This document shows positions 1 to 14,682 of a stretch of DNA of 64,000 nucleotides, piece by piece. This DNA comes from Eledone cirrhosa (Eukaryota): assembly GCA_964016885.1 (NCBI GenBank), contig OZ024758.1, forward strand, positions 19,096,001 through 19,160,000, given 5' to 3'. The notes under the pieces were generated by a model. That model saw only the letters and a program-made list of their open reading frames with translations. It was not told the DNA's origin and did not search any database. The position numbers were made by a program, and so were the translations under genes. Positions within the stretch are counted from its first letter, which is position 1. Each line of letters starts with the position of its first letter.

Positions 1-170
1 TTTAACTTTAATCTGTTATTTTAATATATATATATATAAATACAAACACACATATATATATATACCACCACCTCACTCTCAAGAGCGAAGAGCGTGAAAC
101 TAATAAACCTTTGTTCGTACTGCCTCTCTGTTTTGTTCTATATATTTGTTCGTACAGCCTCTCAATTTTT

Positions 171-236
<66 letters not shown>

Positions 237-237
237 G

Positions 238-285
<48 letters not shown>

Positions 286-381
286 CATGTGTGTTTATAT
301 ATATAATTAGTAGCCACAATGACTATTTCTACTAAATCTTCCTATGGACAGTGTGCTTTAAATCCTTGGATAAAATATTTA

Positions 382-425
<44 letters not shown>

Positions 426-487
426 CGCACACATATATACACATATATATGTGTGTAAGCGTGTATCTATATGTATTTGTCTACGTG

Positions 488-522
<35 letters not shown>

Positions 523-1091
523 GTGTAAGCGTGTATGTACATGTGTTTGTCTATGTGTATATATATATACATATATATATGTGTAGGAGTGTATCTATAT
601 GTATGTATCTACGCGTATGCATAAGTTAGATGTTGTTCGTGTGATAATGTGCTACTTGTAAAATAAAATTCTTTATAATAAGAATAAGCAGGCAATTTTC
701 AATTCATTCTTTTTCATGTCTCGCACTCTTCTTTCCCCCTCTCTATATAGAGTTGGTATTTCTCTAATAAGGTTGGTGTTTTTCTTGGAAGCAGTGACAC
801 GCTGTGTCGCACACACAGACACATAGTCTTACTAAAGTCTAGTCATTGGATGTTTAACGCTAAAGAGGATATGTAGCGAACATACTTCCGGATTCATAAA
901 CTCTATTAAGAGAGCTATTGTGCCTAACGTGGAAGATACAAATGATTAGAAACGAAGAAAAACAAACAAAAAAGAAAACATAACGCGCACACTCACATAC
1001 ACACACCTCCACACCCACACACACACGATCTCACACTCTCTCACACACACAAGCCGACACGCATATATATATTTATATTGACGTTCACCCA

Positions 1092-1158
<67 letters not shown>

Positions 1159-1411
1159 GCCACACTTACACAAACACACAAACAGGTTAATATCGAAAGT
1201 GAAAGTAGATCCAAGAAACAAAGATATATAAAGAATAGAATTTACAAACAAGTAAACGAAGTATATGTTGAATACTTTATCAATGAAATATTAACAATAG
1301 TAATACTAATAACAAGATGTGTCCTAGCATGGTTACTGCTTACTGATTGACACCTCTCGAAGATAGAGAAAAAGTTAATACTAATTATAATAGTGTTAGT
1401 GATATTATTCA

Positions 1412-1455
<44 letters not shown>

Positions 1456-1742
1456 TTTTGAATACAGTTGGTGCATATACAATTGTGTCTGAAAGTACTG
1501 CTAATGCCGATACAAGAACTACTGGTAAAACAAATAGAAACATAATACTAATACTAATAATACAAATATTAATAAAATGAACGAAAACAAGAATAAACAT
1601 AAATATGACAGCGACAGTAAAAAGAAGAGATATATATGACAAAACAATACAGATAAAAGATCGAGACTTCAGTGAACGTATATAATGAAAAAATATTGAA
1701 TTTAATTTCAGAACAGGCAGCACAACAAACATATATACACAC

Positions 1743-1821
<79 letters not shown>

Positions 1822-1908
1822 CATATATACATATATATAAATACATATATATATAAATACATATATATATATATATATATAAATACATATATATATATAT
1901 ATATATAA

Positions 1909-1981
<73 letters not shown>

Positions 1982-2517
1982 ATATACTAACACTAAAGGA
2001 ATTACACGAAACAGGTAAGGTTCATCTTTTATGATGATAATTATCCTTTGTTTTCTCTATTCTATTGTAAAAGTCACCAATGTTTATAGCTATTTTTCAT
2101 ACAGTATCCTTTATGCATTGTTTGTACCTGTCTGTCAATCACGCAGTATTTTTCTCTCTCTATACTAACATCTCTCTGTTTGCCTGGACGTCTGTTTGTC
2201 TGTTTCGCTCTTTTTCTCTCATTCCTGCAGCTCTAAGTAATTCTACAACTTTCTTTCTTTCCATCATTTCATAGCGGTCGGTTTGCTTGCTTGCTGGTGT
2301 CCAATTTCTTTTATTTGCATTTCTCACTATATTATATATTGTTGAAGGCATGTTGCTCGCTAGCGTTGAATACACGCGCTGCGTGCACGCAGGCGCGCAC
2401 ACACACAGGAAATAATCCACCCCACCCCTCCCCACCACACACAAGTGTGTCGGCATGTGCAATTTGTATACTTGTATGAATGTGCCTGTGTAGTGTTTTT
2501 GGTGTGCGTTGTTGTGG

Positions 2518-2564
<47 letters not shown>

Positions 2565-2567
2565 AAA

Positions 2568-2642
2568 AATTGTTTCTAGTGTTGGCACAAGGCCAGCAAT
2601 TACTCAGTGCATTACTGGTACTTTATTTTATTGCCCCCGTAA
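2568..2642 (-). mobile_element. 3' fragment of the abundant tRNA-derived SINE family
   Basis: Reverse complement matches the ...AATAAAGTACCAGTAATGCACTGAGTAATTGCTGGCCTTGTGCC...TAGAAACAATT 3' end of the full copies at 27797 and 42178. Confidence 0.75.
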
Positions 2643-2737
2643 ATACATGTGAAGACTGAAATATGTTTTTAGTTTCAGAAGATCCCGTTAACGGTGAAAG
2701 CAGCGAGTCTTTGCTTAAACTTTAATCTGTTCTTAAA

Positions 2738-3886
<1,149 letters not shown>

Positions 3887-4647
3887 TATGTGTGTATTGA
3901 TCCCATTTCGAGGTCAACATGCTCATAAAATTAATGTCCAAGTTTGACGTTCATTCTACAGACATGAATAGCGTTAAAATATTTCTAAGAGTGATACAAC
4001 TGGTGTCACAGAGTAGAAAACGATTAGACTTGATATTACTGGCGTAACCTATGACTGTCCAGTTAAGTTTCCTGGAGCAAACTATGTTAAAGTATATAAC
4101 GTACCGTTCCGAATCTAACTTGAGATCTAATGGTAGTGAGACGAACAGACCTATCACTGAGCCCAATACTTTTATATGTATGTATATATACACAAACACA
4201 CACACACAATCACAGCTACAAGGCTTATATTCGAGTACATTTTCTATCCAGACCTGACCCGGATAGTCTGTTTTGACGGACTATTCATTTATTCATCCGA
4301 AACATGGAATTCGATAACCTACACCCTATTAGGCAACTATATTAATAAAAAGGATACATGTGGTTAAAATGAACACGATGTCACCTTTCTTGAATCCACA
4401 AGTTTCGTGTGTCAAAAGGAACTCGAATATTTAACCTATAATCCTCTCAGAATTAAACGACGCCGGACAATCAGTTGCCGGAAAATACGTTTTGTACTGA
4501 CACACATTCACACACGACTAAAAACCACTACCAACACACACCAACACACACCAACGCACACACACAGACACAAACATACGCGCGCGCGCGTACGCATACA
4601 AACATCTATATATATATATATATACATATACTTACACACACACACAC

Positions 4648-4724
<77 letters not shown>

Positions 4725-4990
4725 AACAAGAGAAAGAGAGAGAGACGAACAGAAGAATGAAGTGAATGTGTATACTTGTAAGGTGTCTGTGTTTACGTTT
4801 AAACTGATCAAATTAAATATCACTATAGTTGTTTATGTCCCGTTACCTAGCTGTTACACGTATAGTGATCGATAACATAATTTACCGAAAAAGTCCTAGG
4901 ATCATTCGAGTTAAATATAATACTTGTAAGTTAGTACATTAGCCTTGTTGCAGTTAAGATTGAAGTCATGCATACAATATATATTAAAAG

Positions 4991-5030
<40 letters not shown>

Positions 5031-5220
5031 AGTGTGGGTGGGTGTGTGTGGGTCTGTGTGGGTTTGTTAAAGCAAGTAAACTTCAAATTTTCCTGTTTAA
5101 TCAATTTTTGCATTGACGTATCAATATATACATAGATATTCATAGAAACACGCACGTTTATATCAATACACACACACACACACACACACAAACAACACAC
5201 ACATATACTCACAACACACG

Positions 5221-5289
<69 letters not shown>

Positions 5290-5330
5290 GATATATTAAC
5301 AAATGGAAACTATATTTATAAAACCGTATT

Positions 5331-5396
5331 TATTTCATTATACATATTTCAAGAGCCACTAAGTCAAATTATGGTGCGCTTTCATCAGATAAAATA
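5331..5396 (-). ncRNA. Type-I hammerhead ribozyme (family A, left arm)
   Basis: Minus strand: TATTTTAT-CTGATGA-aagcgcaccataatttgacttagtggctctt-GAAA-TATGTA-TA-ATGAAATA. Core intact, 8-bp stem I, imperfect stem II. Confidence 0.75.
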
Positions 5397-5475
5397 TAAT
5401 ATAGATCATTTCCAACAGATTTGGTCGCATTATTTAAGGGTATGTCAATATTTATTTATAAAACTGTCTATATTA

Positions 5476-5541
5476 TATTTTATCTGATGAAAGCGCACCA
5501 TAATTTGACTCGGTGGCCCTTGAAATATGTATAATGAAATA
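5476..5541 (+). ncRNA. Type-I hammerhead ribozyme (family A, right arm)
   Basis: TATTTTAT-CTGATGA-aagcgcacc(ataatttgactc)ggtggccctt-GAAA-TATGTA-TA-ATGAAATA. Stem I is 8 bp with one GU; stem III ATATGTAT is self-complementary with GU pairs; predicted AUA cleavage after 5533; AATAAA follows immediately. Confidence 0.8.
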
Positions 5542-6401
5542 AATATGGTTTTATAAATATAGTTTTCATTTGTTAATATATCGTATTTTTACTTCAATAA
5601 CTTGTTGAGTGCTTTATATCAGTTATAAAAATATTTACTTGTTGTATCCCAACAATTTAAATATAACTTCTACATATATATATATATATATGTATGTATA
5701 TATGTGTGTGTTTAGTCCCAATTTGCGTCGAGAATCACAAATGGAGGTGACAGTACCAAATAACCCCAACTATATTAATGGTCAACCCAGGTAGAATGGC
5801 TATAAATAATGTAACCGCTGGCAGTGCTCCAGCATGGCCAGGAAGACTTCACCTTGGACATAAAATGATGTATACATATATATATACAGAGAAAGATAGA
5901 TAGATACATACATTTATATATAGTTACGTTTGTATAAAATTATATGTGTGTATGTACGTTCGTATATATGTATATATTTGTGCATGTACGTATGTATATA
6001 TATGTGCGTGTGTGTATGGGTGTGTATGTGGGGGGAGGGGCATGTGTATGTGTATCGGTGTGTGTGTGTGTGTGTGTGTGTGCGCGTGTGTGTGTGTGTT
6101 TGTGTGTGTATGCATGAACGACACAGCATTCGTTAATGTTTATGAAAAACATTTTAGGACGAAAATAGTTCGTAGGTGTTTTTTTTTTATTTCACAAAGT
6201 TTTCATATATTTTCCAAAAACGATTTTGGATACGCGACAGGTCTGAAGTTTCATCGAGTTGCTGCTCTGGGACACCTCGTCCACGATATTTCTGTTGTAC
6301 TGTCTTCAGCTTTTTTTTTTTCTATCAGGACTTCTCTCCATGTTGTCACAGCCGGCTTTCAGCCCCAAACGTACACTCCACACACACAGATACACACACA
6401 T

Positions 6402-6437
<36 letters not shown>

Positions 6438-6439
<2 letters not shown>

Positions 6440-6584
6440 CAAAGGAAGTGTGGTAAGGTACCATATTGACCATAATGCACTAGAGTACTCAATACTTAGA
6501 GTAATAGTGTGAGTAATAGGAAAACACGTTCAGATCTAGCTGTCGAAACGGCCGGAGCTCAGCCGTCGGACTCCTGACACTTTT

Positions 6585-6590
<6 letters not shown>
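6438..6590. mobile_element. Fold-back element, family E, degenerate copy
   Basis: AACAAAGGAAGTGTGGTAAGGTACC...GAGTACTCAATACTTAG tail joined to GTC-GAAA-CGGCCGGAGCTCAGCCG-TC; flanked by (TA)n; homologous to 43174-43368. Confidence 0.7.
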
Positions 6591-6656
<66 letters not shown>

Positions 6657-7274
6657 AACATATGAAAGAGTAGTATCCGAAACGTTTAAACACTTTTCAT
6701 TTCAATATATGTGAATTGTTTACGTTTTATTCATTATGTGTCTTAGCGTCTTCGTTGAGTTTTTCTTTGTCTAGAGAAACTACCGTTTAAATATCATGTG
6801 ATATCTAATATCATCCCTTTTCTTTCTTACTTCACAGACTATCGAGGAAAATATGCATTTTTTATCTGTAGGTTGAAATTATTATTTCATATTAGTAGAG
6901 GAGATGAACTATGCATGCTTGGTCCCGTAACACCCTATGGTGTCGTATGGGCGCCGTATTGACATACAGTATATCTAGGGCTTGTTTAGACCAGGCAGAG
7001 CCCGTGTCCTTTTGAGGAGATCGACTATGTTCCATCATAAACGTCAGTGTATTTATTTATAAGTTAAAAGTGTTTATCATTACATTTTAAGTTCAGATAC
7101 TGCCTTCGGTTAAGTTGAGGGCAAAACCCATAGAAATCAGCATTGCTTTGCTACCCTCTCGTTTTCGTAAAATATAACACCATCTAGATAGTGGGGTAGA
7201 TACAATAGCCATCTCTCCATAAATTGCTGGAATTGAACTTAAAGTAGAAATCATTCATGTCCGGTACATGTCGT

Positions 7275-7590
7275 TTTGTTTTTTAGTAGCATAAAGTCTT
7301 TGTTCGTTGTTGTTGTTGTTGTTGTTGTTGTTAATGTTGATGTCGTTGTCATCATTGATGTCGTTGATATCCAGATTGTTGTTGTTGCTGTTGTTGCTGT
7401 TGTTGCTGTTGATGCTGCTGCTATCGTCATTGTTATTATTTACGCTGTTTTTGCTGCTCTTGACGTCTTTTATTGTCATCTTATCACCATCATTGTCATT
7501 CTCTTGTTGCTGTTGTTGTTGTCGTTGCTGTTGTATGTGTCGTTGTCATCAATATTGCTACTTCAGTTGTTGTTATTGTTTATTGTTATC
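7275..7590. repeat. Degenerate (GTT/GCT/ATT)n trinucleotide low-complexity tract
   Basis: Direct reading; produces the poly-V, poly-L and poly-N pseudo-ORFs. Confidence 0.9.
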
Positions 7591-8220
7591 ACGAAATCAC
7601 CAGTATGTCACACCGTTTCTCATGGTATTTTGGTTTCATTGGTTCACGTTTCCAGCTTTATCGAAGTAAACACTGGAAACTGGAAATATGTAGGTGGATT
7701 GCTTCACAGCTGTTTGCTCGTGATACTGCGTTAGTTCTCAATTAAATGTCATTTTCCATACATAACAATAGGAGGTATATAATGTCAGGAATGTGATTAT
7801 ATAATAAGCTGGTATGATGCCAAGCAATAATGTTTATATTTGTAAGATATATATATACTGTAAGATAAACAAGAAACAAAAGCAATTATATTCATGGTAC
7901 AAAAAATCGTCAACATCCTTCTAAATATATATGTAAAACTAACTAGGCAGATGTCTATTGTATTACTGAACATTAAAACAGTATACACTAACAATTATTA
8001 GCCCTAACACTACCATTGTTCTAATAAAAATGTTGCCTCCAAATCATTTTGAAAATAATGAAAAGTTTTGTAAGCTCTAATAATATAATTAACTTCTCTT
8101 TATTAAGTTCGTGTGTGAAATATAACTTTTAAAAGGTTTTTAGTTAGATAAACTGATATCGTAACCGGCTGATTCCATAAAGCTGTGTATTCTTCTTATT
8201 AAACTCAGACCTATAATGTT

Positions 8221-8402
8221 ACTACTATTGGCACAAGGCCAGCAATTATCTCAGTACATTACTGGTACTTTATTTTATCGACTCCGAAAAGTGAAAGGCA
8301 AAGTGACTCTGGGGAGATTTGGACTCAGAACATAAAGGGCTATAACCCCTATGTTGCAAAGCATGGTGTCTGACGCTCTACCGATAGTGCCAAACCACCA
8401 CT
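8221..8402 (-). mobile_element. tRNA-derived SINE, near full length
   Basis: Minus strand shows A-box-like TGGCACTATCGG, B-box-like GAGTCCAAATCTCC, core TTGCCTTTCACTTTTCGGAGTCGATAAAATAAAGTACCAG and 3' GGCCTTGTGCC. A more diverged copy faces the opposite way at about 8403-8541. Confidence 0.8.
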
Positions 8403-8542
8403 GTAGGCGATTTCGTACCAACGTTAGAGCGTTGGATATTCGTTCTGGTCTACTGCGTTCTGTGTTCAAATCCTAACACGGCTTGCTTTGCTTTTCATTC
8501 TTTCAGGTTGGATAAACAAGGTACCAACCCAGTGCTGGTGCA

Positions 8543-8812
<270 letters not shown>

Positions 8813-9283
8813 ATATATCATGCAGCTGTCACGACATGGATGTTTCGTCGGATCAAGTGAGTTAGGGTCGAGAATGTGTAAGGTGTTACCATGTAACTGT
8901 TCAACTAGTTTAAACCTTAGGCAAAGCATGGTTTATACTACAACATCACGATCGATTGCATGTGGCGGCTGTAGTAGCTCACAAATGGAATAATGGGGAG
9001 ACAGTATATGAAACGTTTGGATCTTTGAACAAAAGGTATGATAAAGTTGGAGGGATTTCCCACAGGTTCTCGTTTCTAAGTTTCAGGTATAGGGTTTGGG
9101 ATCATCCCGGAGATATTAACAACTTTACACACTCACACACGCGCACTCTATCTCTCGTTCTCTCTCTCTTTCACTCACACACACACATGTATGAATTCTA
9201 AGTTAATAAATGAAATATGTTGTATATATAATGTTTTATGTATGTATGAATGTAATTAATGTTTACACAAAATATTGCTTATA

Positions 9284-9323
<40 letters not shown>

Positions 9324-9531
9324 AATATATATATAAATATATACATACACATGGTTTCTGATAAGCTTTGTTTTCTGTAAACATCAATTTAACATAGCAA
9401 ATACCAATTTGATACAAGATAGTTTTTTAAATAATTATATATTGCTTATTGCACAAATGCACGTGTACTAATTGGTATCGTTTTACTTGTGACACGTACA
9501 GATATATAAACACCGACACGTGTGTGTGTGT

Positions 9532-9570
<39 letters not shown>

Positions 9571-9576
9571 CAAGTG

Positions 9577-9725
9577 ATGGCGCATGACTTAGTGGTTAAA
9601 GCATTGGGCTTGTAATCGAAAGGTTGTGAGTTCAATTCTAGGACCGGGCGATGTGTTATTTTCTTTAGCAAAACACTTTATTTCACGTTGCTCCAGTTGA
9701 CTCAGCTGTAGAAATGAGTACCGGC
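9577..9725 (+). mobile_element. tRNA-head SINE with a Deu/Nin-like central domain
   Basis: GGCGCATGACTTAGTGGTTAAAGCATT...GAGTTCAATTCT (A/B boxes), then TTCTTTAGCAAAACACTTTATTTCACGTTGCTCCAGTTGACTCAGCTGTAGAAATGAGTACC, which resembles the Deu/Nin-DC SINE domain as I recall it. Confidence 0.65.
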
Positions 9726-10058
9726 CTGCCCGCCCAGCCAGTCGGATGGCGTTATCTTATGGCTAAAACACCACGACATGCTGTGACCAGCGGCGCCGAA
9801 TGGACGCCCGACAGACTGGTTGGTCAAGGTGATCAAGGTGATATATATACAAAGAGAGAGAGAGAGAGAGAATAAGAAATTGCGAAAAGGTTCAATGATA
9901 ACAGTGATCACGGAATCCCGCCTAACCCATGATATGATCTCATTAGGTTGGTTCTTACACAATAAGGTTGCTTTCTCGAGGCAATTCTAATTAAAACAAC
10001 GACACGAAGGAAGATGATGTACGTGAAGCCTCCGCCCATTCCCTTGTGAGCCCTAATC

Positions 10059-10098
<40 letters not shown>

Positions 10099-10476
10099 GT
10101 AGGAGGTGAGTTTTATTGTAGTACAATAAAGCAATGCAGATATCGGATAAGAAGCACTCTACAGTTTGTGGGACTGGAGTATGCATAATATAAGATCAAA
10201 AGATGGTTAAAGGAGTTCCATATATTTTATTATGCGCATTTCAAAAACAAACATCATCAAACAATAATATTTGTGTTTTCATCAGATAAAACAGGAGAAC
10301 ATGATATGAAGGCTAAAAAAACACTTGTTGATAGTGCAGTTTTAAATCAACATATGAATGTTTTAAATCAACATATGATGTTTTAAATGTTTTAAATCAA
10401 CATATGATGTTTGTTTTTGAAATGCGCATAATAAAATATATGGAACTCCTTTAACCATCTTTTGATCTTATATTAT
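10099..10476. mobile_element. Fold-back element, family B (distant relative of A)
   Basis: Near-perfect inverted arms about 10185-10257 and 10404-10476. Long tail 10099-10184 contains GAGTGCTT on the minus strand. (TA)n on both flanks. Internal TGTTTTAAATCAACATATGA repeats. Confidence 0.8.
10224..10292 (-). ncRNA. Type-I hammerhead ribozyme with a long stem II
   Basis: Minus strand: GTTTTAT-CTGATGA-aaacacaaatattatt(gttt)gatgatgtttgttttt-GAAA-TGCGCA-TA-ATAAAAT. Stem I 7 bp; stem II pairs at 15 of 16 positions including GU; palindromic stem III ATGCGCAT. Confidence 0.85.
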
Positions 10477-10737
10477 ATATATATATATATATATAAATGG
10501 CTAATGGTAGCTAAGATGCTACCATGGGCGGTTTGCCGGTTGAGCACTCTATGCTCCTATGGAGCAGAGTATTATAGAATAGAAAATGAAAAATCAGTGA
10601 GCATCGGAACTCAATTTATTGTGTGTTACAATTGTTTACCCGTCGAGCAGCTCGACGTGCGATCCATGTGTGTGGATCTACCTGACTCTAGTCTCGCAGG
10701 TTCCTCGGACACGTCTATTGATTTCGGATCATATCCA

Positions 10738-10807
<70 letters not shown>

Positions 10808-10960
10808 TGACAAATGGCGTACTGTGGTGTTGCGAATATGAACATATGAATTATTAAAATAGACCGAGAAACAAGATTGTCCATCATCAGTAGTCCGCTA
10901 ATTATCATTGGTATTTCTTCGCATTAAAGACTAGATACCTAAAATCAGTGCGAGCGATAA

Positions 10961-11102
<142 letters not shown>

Positions 11103-11740
11103 TGTATGGCCGCGAGCGTGTGTAGTTTTGCCACAGGCGCAGAACAGGAGCTTCAGGAGTAGAGTGCGAGCAAAATGTGTGATTAAAAATCATTTGCTTG
11201 GGTGGTCTCGCTTCGGGATCCAACCGGATCAGTTGGAGACTGACAGGACTTGCCAAAAGGAGTGTTTGAGGAATTTATCACTTCCCACTAACACTCTTGT
11301 CACGACACTCCCATGAATAAGAAGGCATAGAAATAGGAGAAGAGGAATAATGAGAAGAAATATTGTGTTTGAATGTCTGTGGGTATCAGTATCGCGTGGC
11401 ATTTCCGTCAAACGTCATTTACTATAGTTTCCTGTCCCATCATGTTTCACTGTATCTTATGGTGGATCCCCCTGAGAATTATGCTAAGCGTGCACGTGTG
11501 TGGAATGCTCACGCTCTTACACGTTAATTGCAAGAGCAGGTTGGAAGTTTCCACAGACAGATACCCACACACATATGGTAGGCTGGTCGTGAAATTGCTT
11601 CACGCGACTATTTAAAAGAAGTTTTAAAAAGCAGCGAAAATCAAAGTTGAAATCATTGTCAATCTCATACGAACGGTAAAATAATTCATTGACTCATTTC
11701 ACGTTGTCAATGTTACTTTTATATCAATATATATATACAT

Positions 11741-12302
11741 ATTTCGTTTCTGAATTTGTTTAGCAAGATTCTTTATCTGAATACGTGTGTTGAAACCGAT
11801 AGTGTTATACTTTGGGAGAGTCATGTTGCCAATAAGAAACACACGCACCAGATGTTTTCACTTCAATTTATTATAATAAATTTATAAATTTAGGAATTTA
11901 TAAATTTCCGGTTAGTTGGTTGGTTCCACAATCAGATGATTGTTTATATATTGTCAAAGTTCTTTCGTCACACATTGTGTGACCTCTTCAGTGACGGGGG
12001 ATTCTTTTCTTTGTTTTTGTGCCTCTCCTTTGTTCTATCCTACATCTACACAAAAACAAGATGGCGTAGGACAGAACAAAGGAGAGGCACAAAAACAAAG
12101 AAAAGAATTCCCAGTCACTAAAGAGGTCTCAGAATGTGTGACGAAAGAACTTTGACAATATATAAACTATCATCTGGGTGTGGAACCAACCAACCGGAAA
12201 TTTATAAATTCCTAATTTTATAAATTTCTTATAATAAATTGAAGTGAAAGTAACTGGTGCGTGTGTTTCTTATTGACAACATGACCCTCCCACAGTATAA
12301 CA

Positions 12303-12305
<3 letters not shown>
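11741..12305. mobile_element. Fold-back element, family C (short version of 62675-63820)
   Basis: Inverted arms about 11800-12041 and 12066-12305, TA-rich flanks, hammerhead motif in each arm. Confidence 0.85.
11953..11995 (-). ncRNA. Type-I hammerhead ribozyme (family C)
   Basis: Minus strand: GTCA-CTGAAGA-g-gtcacac(aat)gtgtgac-GAAA-GAAC-TT-TGAC. Stem I 4 bp, stem II 7 bp, weak stem III, CUU site. The plus-strand mirror at 12114-12156 has a mutated core (CTAAAGA). Confidence 0.65.
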
Positions 12306-12351
<46 letters not shown>

Positions 12352-13907
12352 TGAATTTTGCCCTACAAATGAACTCAACTGTAGGGAAGAAAATCATTAG
12401 AATACATACTCTCTACTTTCTTAATCTTTGAGTAATAAGCTGAAAATTGGTCTGACTATTCACATCTAATAGCCTCTGATCCACCTATCTCTCTATCACT
12501 CTCTCACTATATATATATGTGTGTGTGTGTGTATATATATACTGTTGAACTCCTCATTGCTGCCTTGCTAGGTTACTCATTTTACTTTGAACCAGATCTT
12601 TTCATGGTTAGATTCTGAATATAAACATCGAAACTTGGCAGTCGCAATATAGCTATGTAGTATATTATGATGTTATCACTGTTGTTACTCGTGTTTATAT
12701 CCATATCACTCTTGACCCCTGACGTATTGTGAAAGGTATTCCATCCATTACCATCCAATCAATTTCTTATTATCCTACATTGAATCATATAAAAAATGTT
12801 AAGTTCCCGTAATTCCAACTGTCGTATTCTTTTGTGGATGTCAATCGTATTGAGAGACAATCGTATGCAAACGAATGCAGTTATACTCCACCTGAACTCA
12901 GTTTACGATAGCAAAAATGTACATCAAATCACCTGCAGGCATTTCACAAACATTACGAAAAATTTGACCTTTTGGATATGCCGTTTTTTATTGTTTTTGC
13001 ATTTCCTGTTGTTGTTGTCGACCTAGTTTTTGAATTTTTGACCTTGGAATAATTTCATAGAGCAAACACATAACGAAAGGATTTATGACAGTGACCAATC
13101 CGTATTTCAATATTTCTAGCACTACAGTATCAGTGTGCAGTAATGTCAAAATAAACAACTCGCTATAGATAACTTGCAAAGTTACCTGCACAGTTTAACA
13201 AACTCACTGTCAGAGCAGGGGCGAAGTAATTTTTGTCATTACAATTCCTTTCTTTTCAGCAGGCACATAACAATATTGTTGAAGATTCAGTTGTCTTTGT
13301 CTTGTCTAAAATGTTTGTTTGTTTTCAGAGACAGACAAAGAGAGGCAGTGTCTGCCCTTCTTTCGTTTTCTAGCAACACTTTTTTTTTTATTTCCAAGAA
13401 CCTTTCTCTGTTATTCGGTGAAACCCTTAGCGTTGCCTTATTTTCATAACCAAAAAAACCACAAACATATTCAGCTAATCATAGATTCTAGCATGTTCTG
13501 CTTCGTGGGAGGAGATTCCTCTAAGTCTTTCTCATTCATTGGGGTCTCCTGGCCATTGTGAGACTGAAACGCTGATAGTTTCGCCTAGTTCCCACTCTTC
13601 TACCAGAACTATGATAAATGCTTCTCTGGAATCAGCAGTAGCCGCATCCATGACCTTCAACTTCGATAATTACCATTGTTGTTCTTGTTGTGGTTGCTTT
13701 GCATTACTACAGCTTGTCATCTTCTATCCGTTTTCTATCAGTTTTTCTCTACTGAAGACCTGCAAGTAACATTTATTACTGGCGTACCACTAAAGGGCCT
13801 TCTGACAAACACTATATCATTTTTATAAAAGGGATAAATATATGCGAAGAAAACGACACATACAACAATGATAATAGATACGTCAATACTCTCACACTGG
13901 AGTAAGA

Positions 13908-13961
<54 letters not shown>

Positions 13962-14149
13962 TCTCAATGCATGAAACCTACGCGGGCAAAGATATATATT
14001 TATATATAATTATATATATATATATATATAATATTAAGGATACTATTTATGGTTATGTATATACTAAAACCTTTTATAGTTATATATATTTTAAACCATA
14101 AATAGTGAAAGACAGTAATTTATTACTATCTTATTACCAGTAAGATAAA

Positions 14150-14249
14150 TAGCCCAATGTAACAACATCAGTTGTTTTACAGAGCAGTTATGTAGAAATT
14201 AGCCCAATGTAACAACATCAGTTGTTTTACAGAGCAGTTATGTAGAAAT
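14150..14249. repeat. Perfect 50-bp tandem duplication
   Basis: TAGCCCAATGTAACAACATCAGTTGTTTTACAGAGCAGTTATGTAGAAAT twice in a row. Confidence 0.95.
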
Positions 14250-14519
14250 TACATGAATCAAAGATCAGTTTAAATCATTTATTTGCTTACAATTGTTTCT
14301 TGCAAACCGAGGTTGGTGTCTTCGGAGCAATTATTTAGTGATTTTTTACATACTTCACCTCCTTTTAAACACAAGAGACATATAGAAACATATGTATATA
14401 TTGACCCACAGTGGGTTGACATCCATTATAATAATATAGCATGGCAATTTACATACAAAGATTACAGTCATATTAAAGGACAAACTTAAAATTAAAATAA
14501 AAATAAAAATAAAAATAAT

Positions 14520-14579
<60 letters not shown>

Positions 14580-14682
14580 AAATGCATCTGTATATATGCT
14601 TGTGCATATTAACATATATGTGTATGTATATGTTTATGTGTGTATATATATTTGTGTATATATATACACACACATATATATA

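Larger units (their letters stand above)
5286..5672. mobile_element. Fold-back element, family A (Penelope-like pLTR-derived), hammerhead in both arms
   Basis: Inverted arms about 5287-5405 and 5465-5585, extra tail about 5586-5672 on the right, (TA)n on both flanks. Other copies at 19513, 33577, 41674 and 47861. Confidence 0.8.

Noticed and set aside
9577-9650. tRNA gene
   Set aside because: A and B boxes are present but there is no clean cloverleaf, and the sequence runs into a SINE body. The same applies to the other GTTCAAATCC-containing heads.
13440-13770. Possible minus-strand exon after TTACTTGCAG
   Set aside because: All three frames hit a stop within about 40 nt; at most a non-coding exon, which I cannot support.
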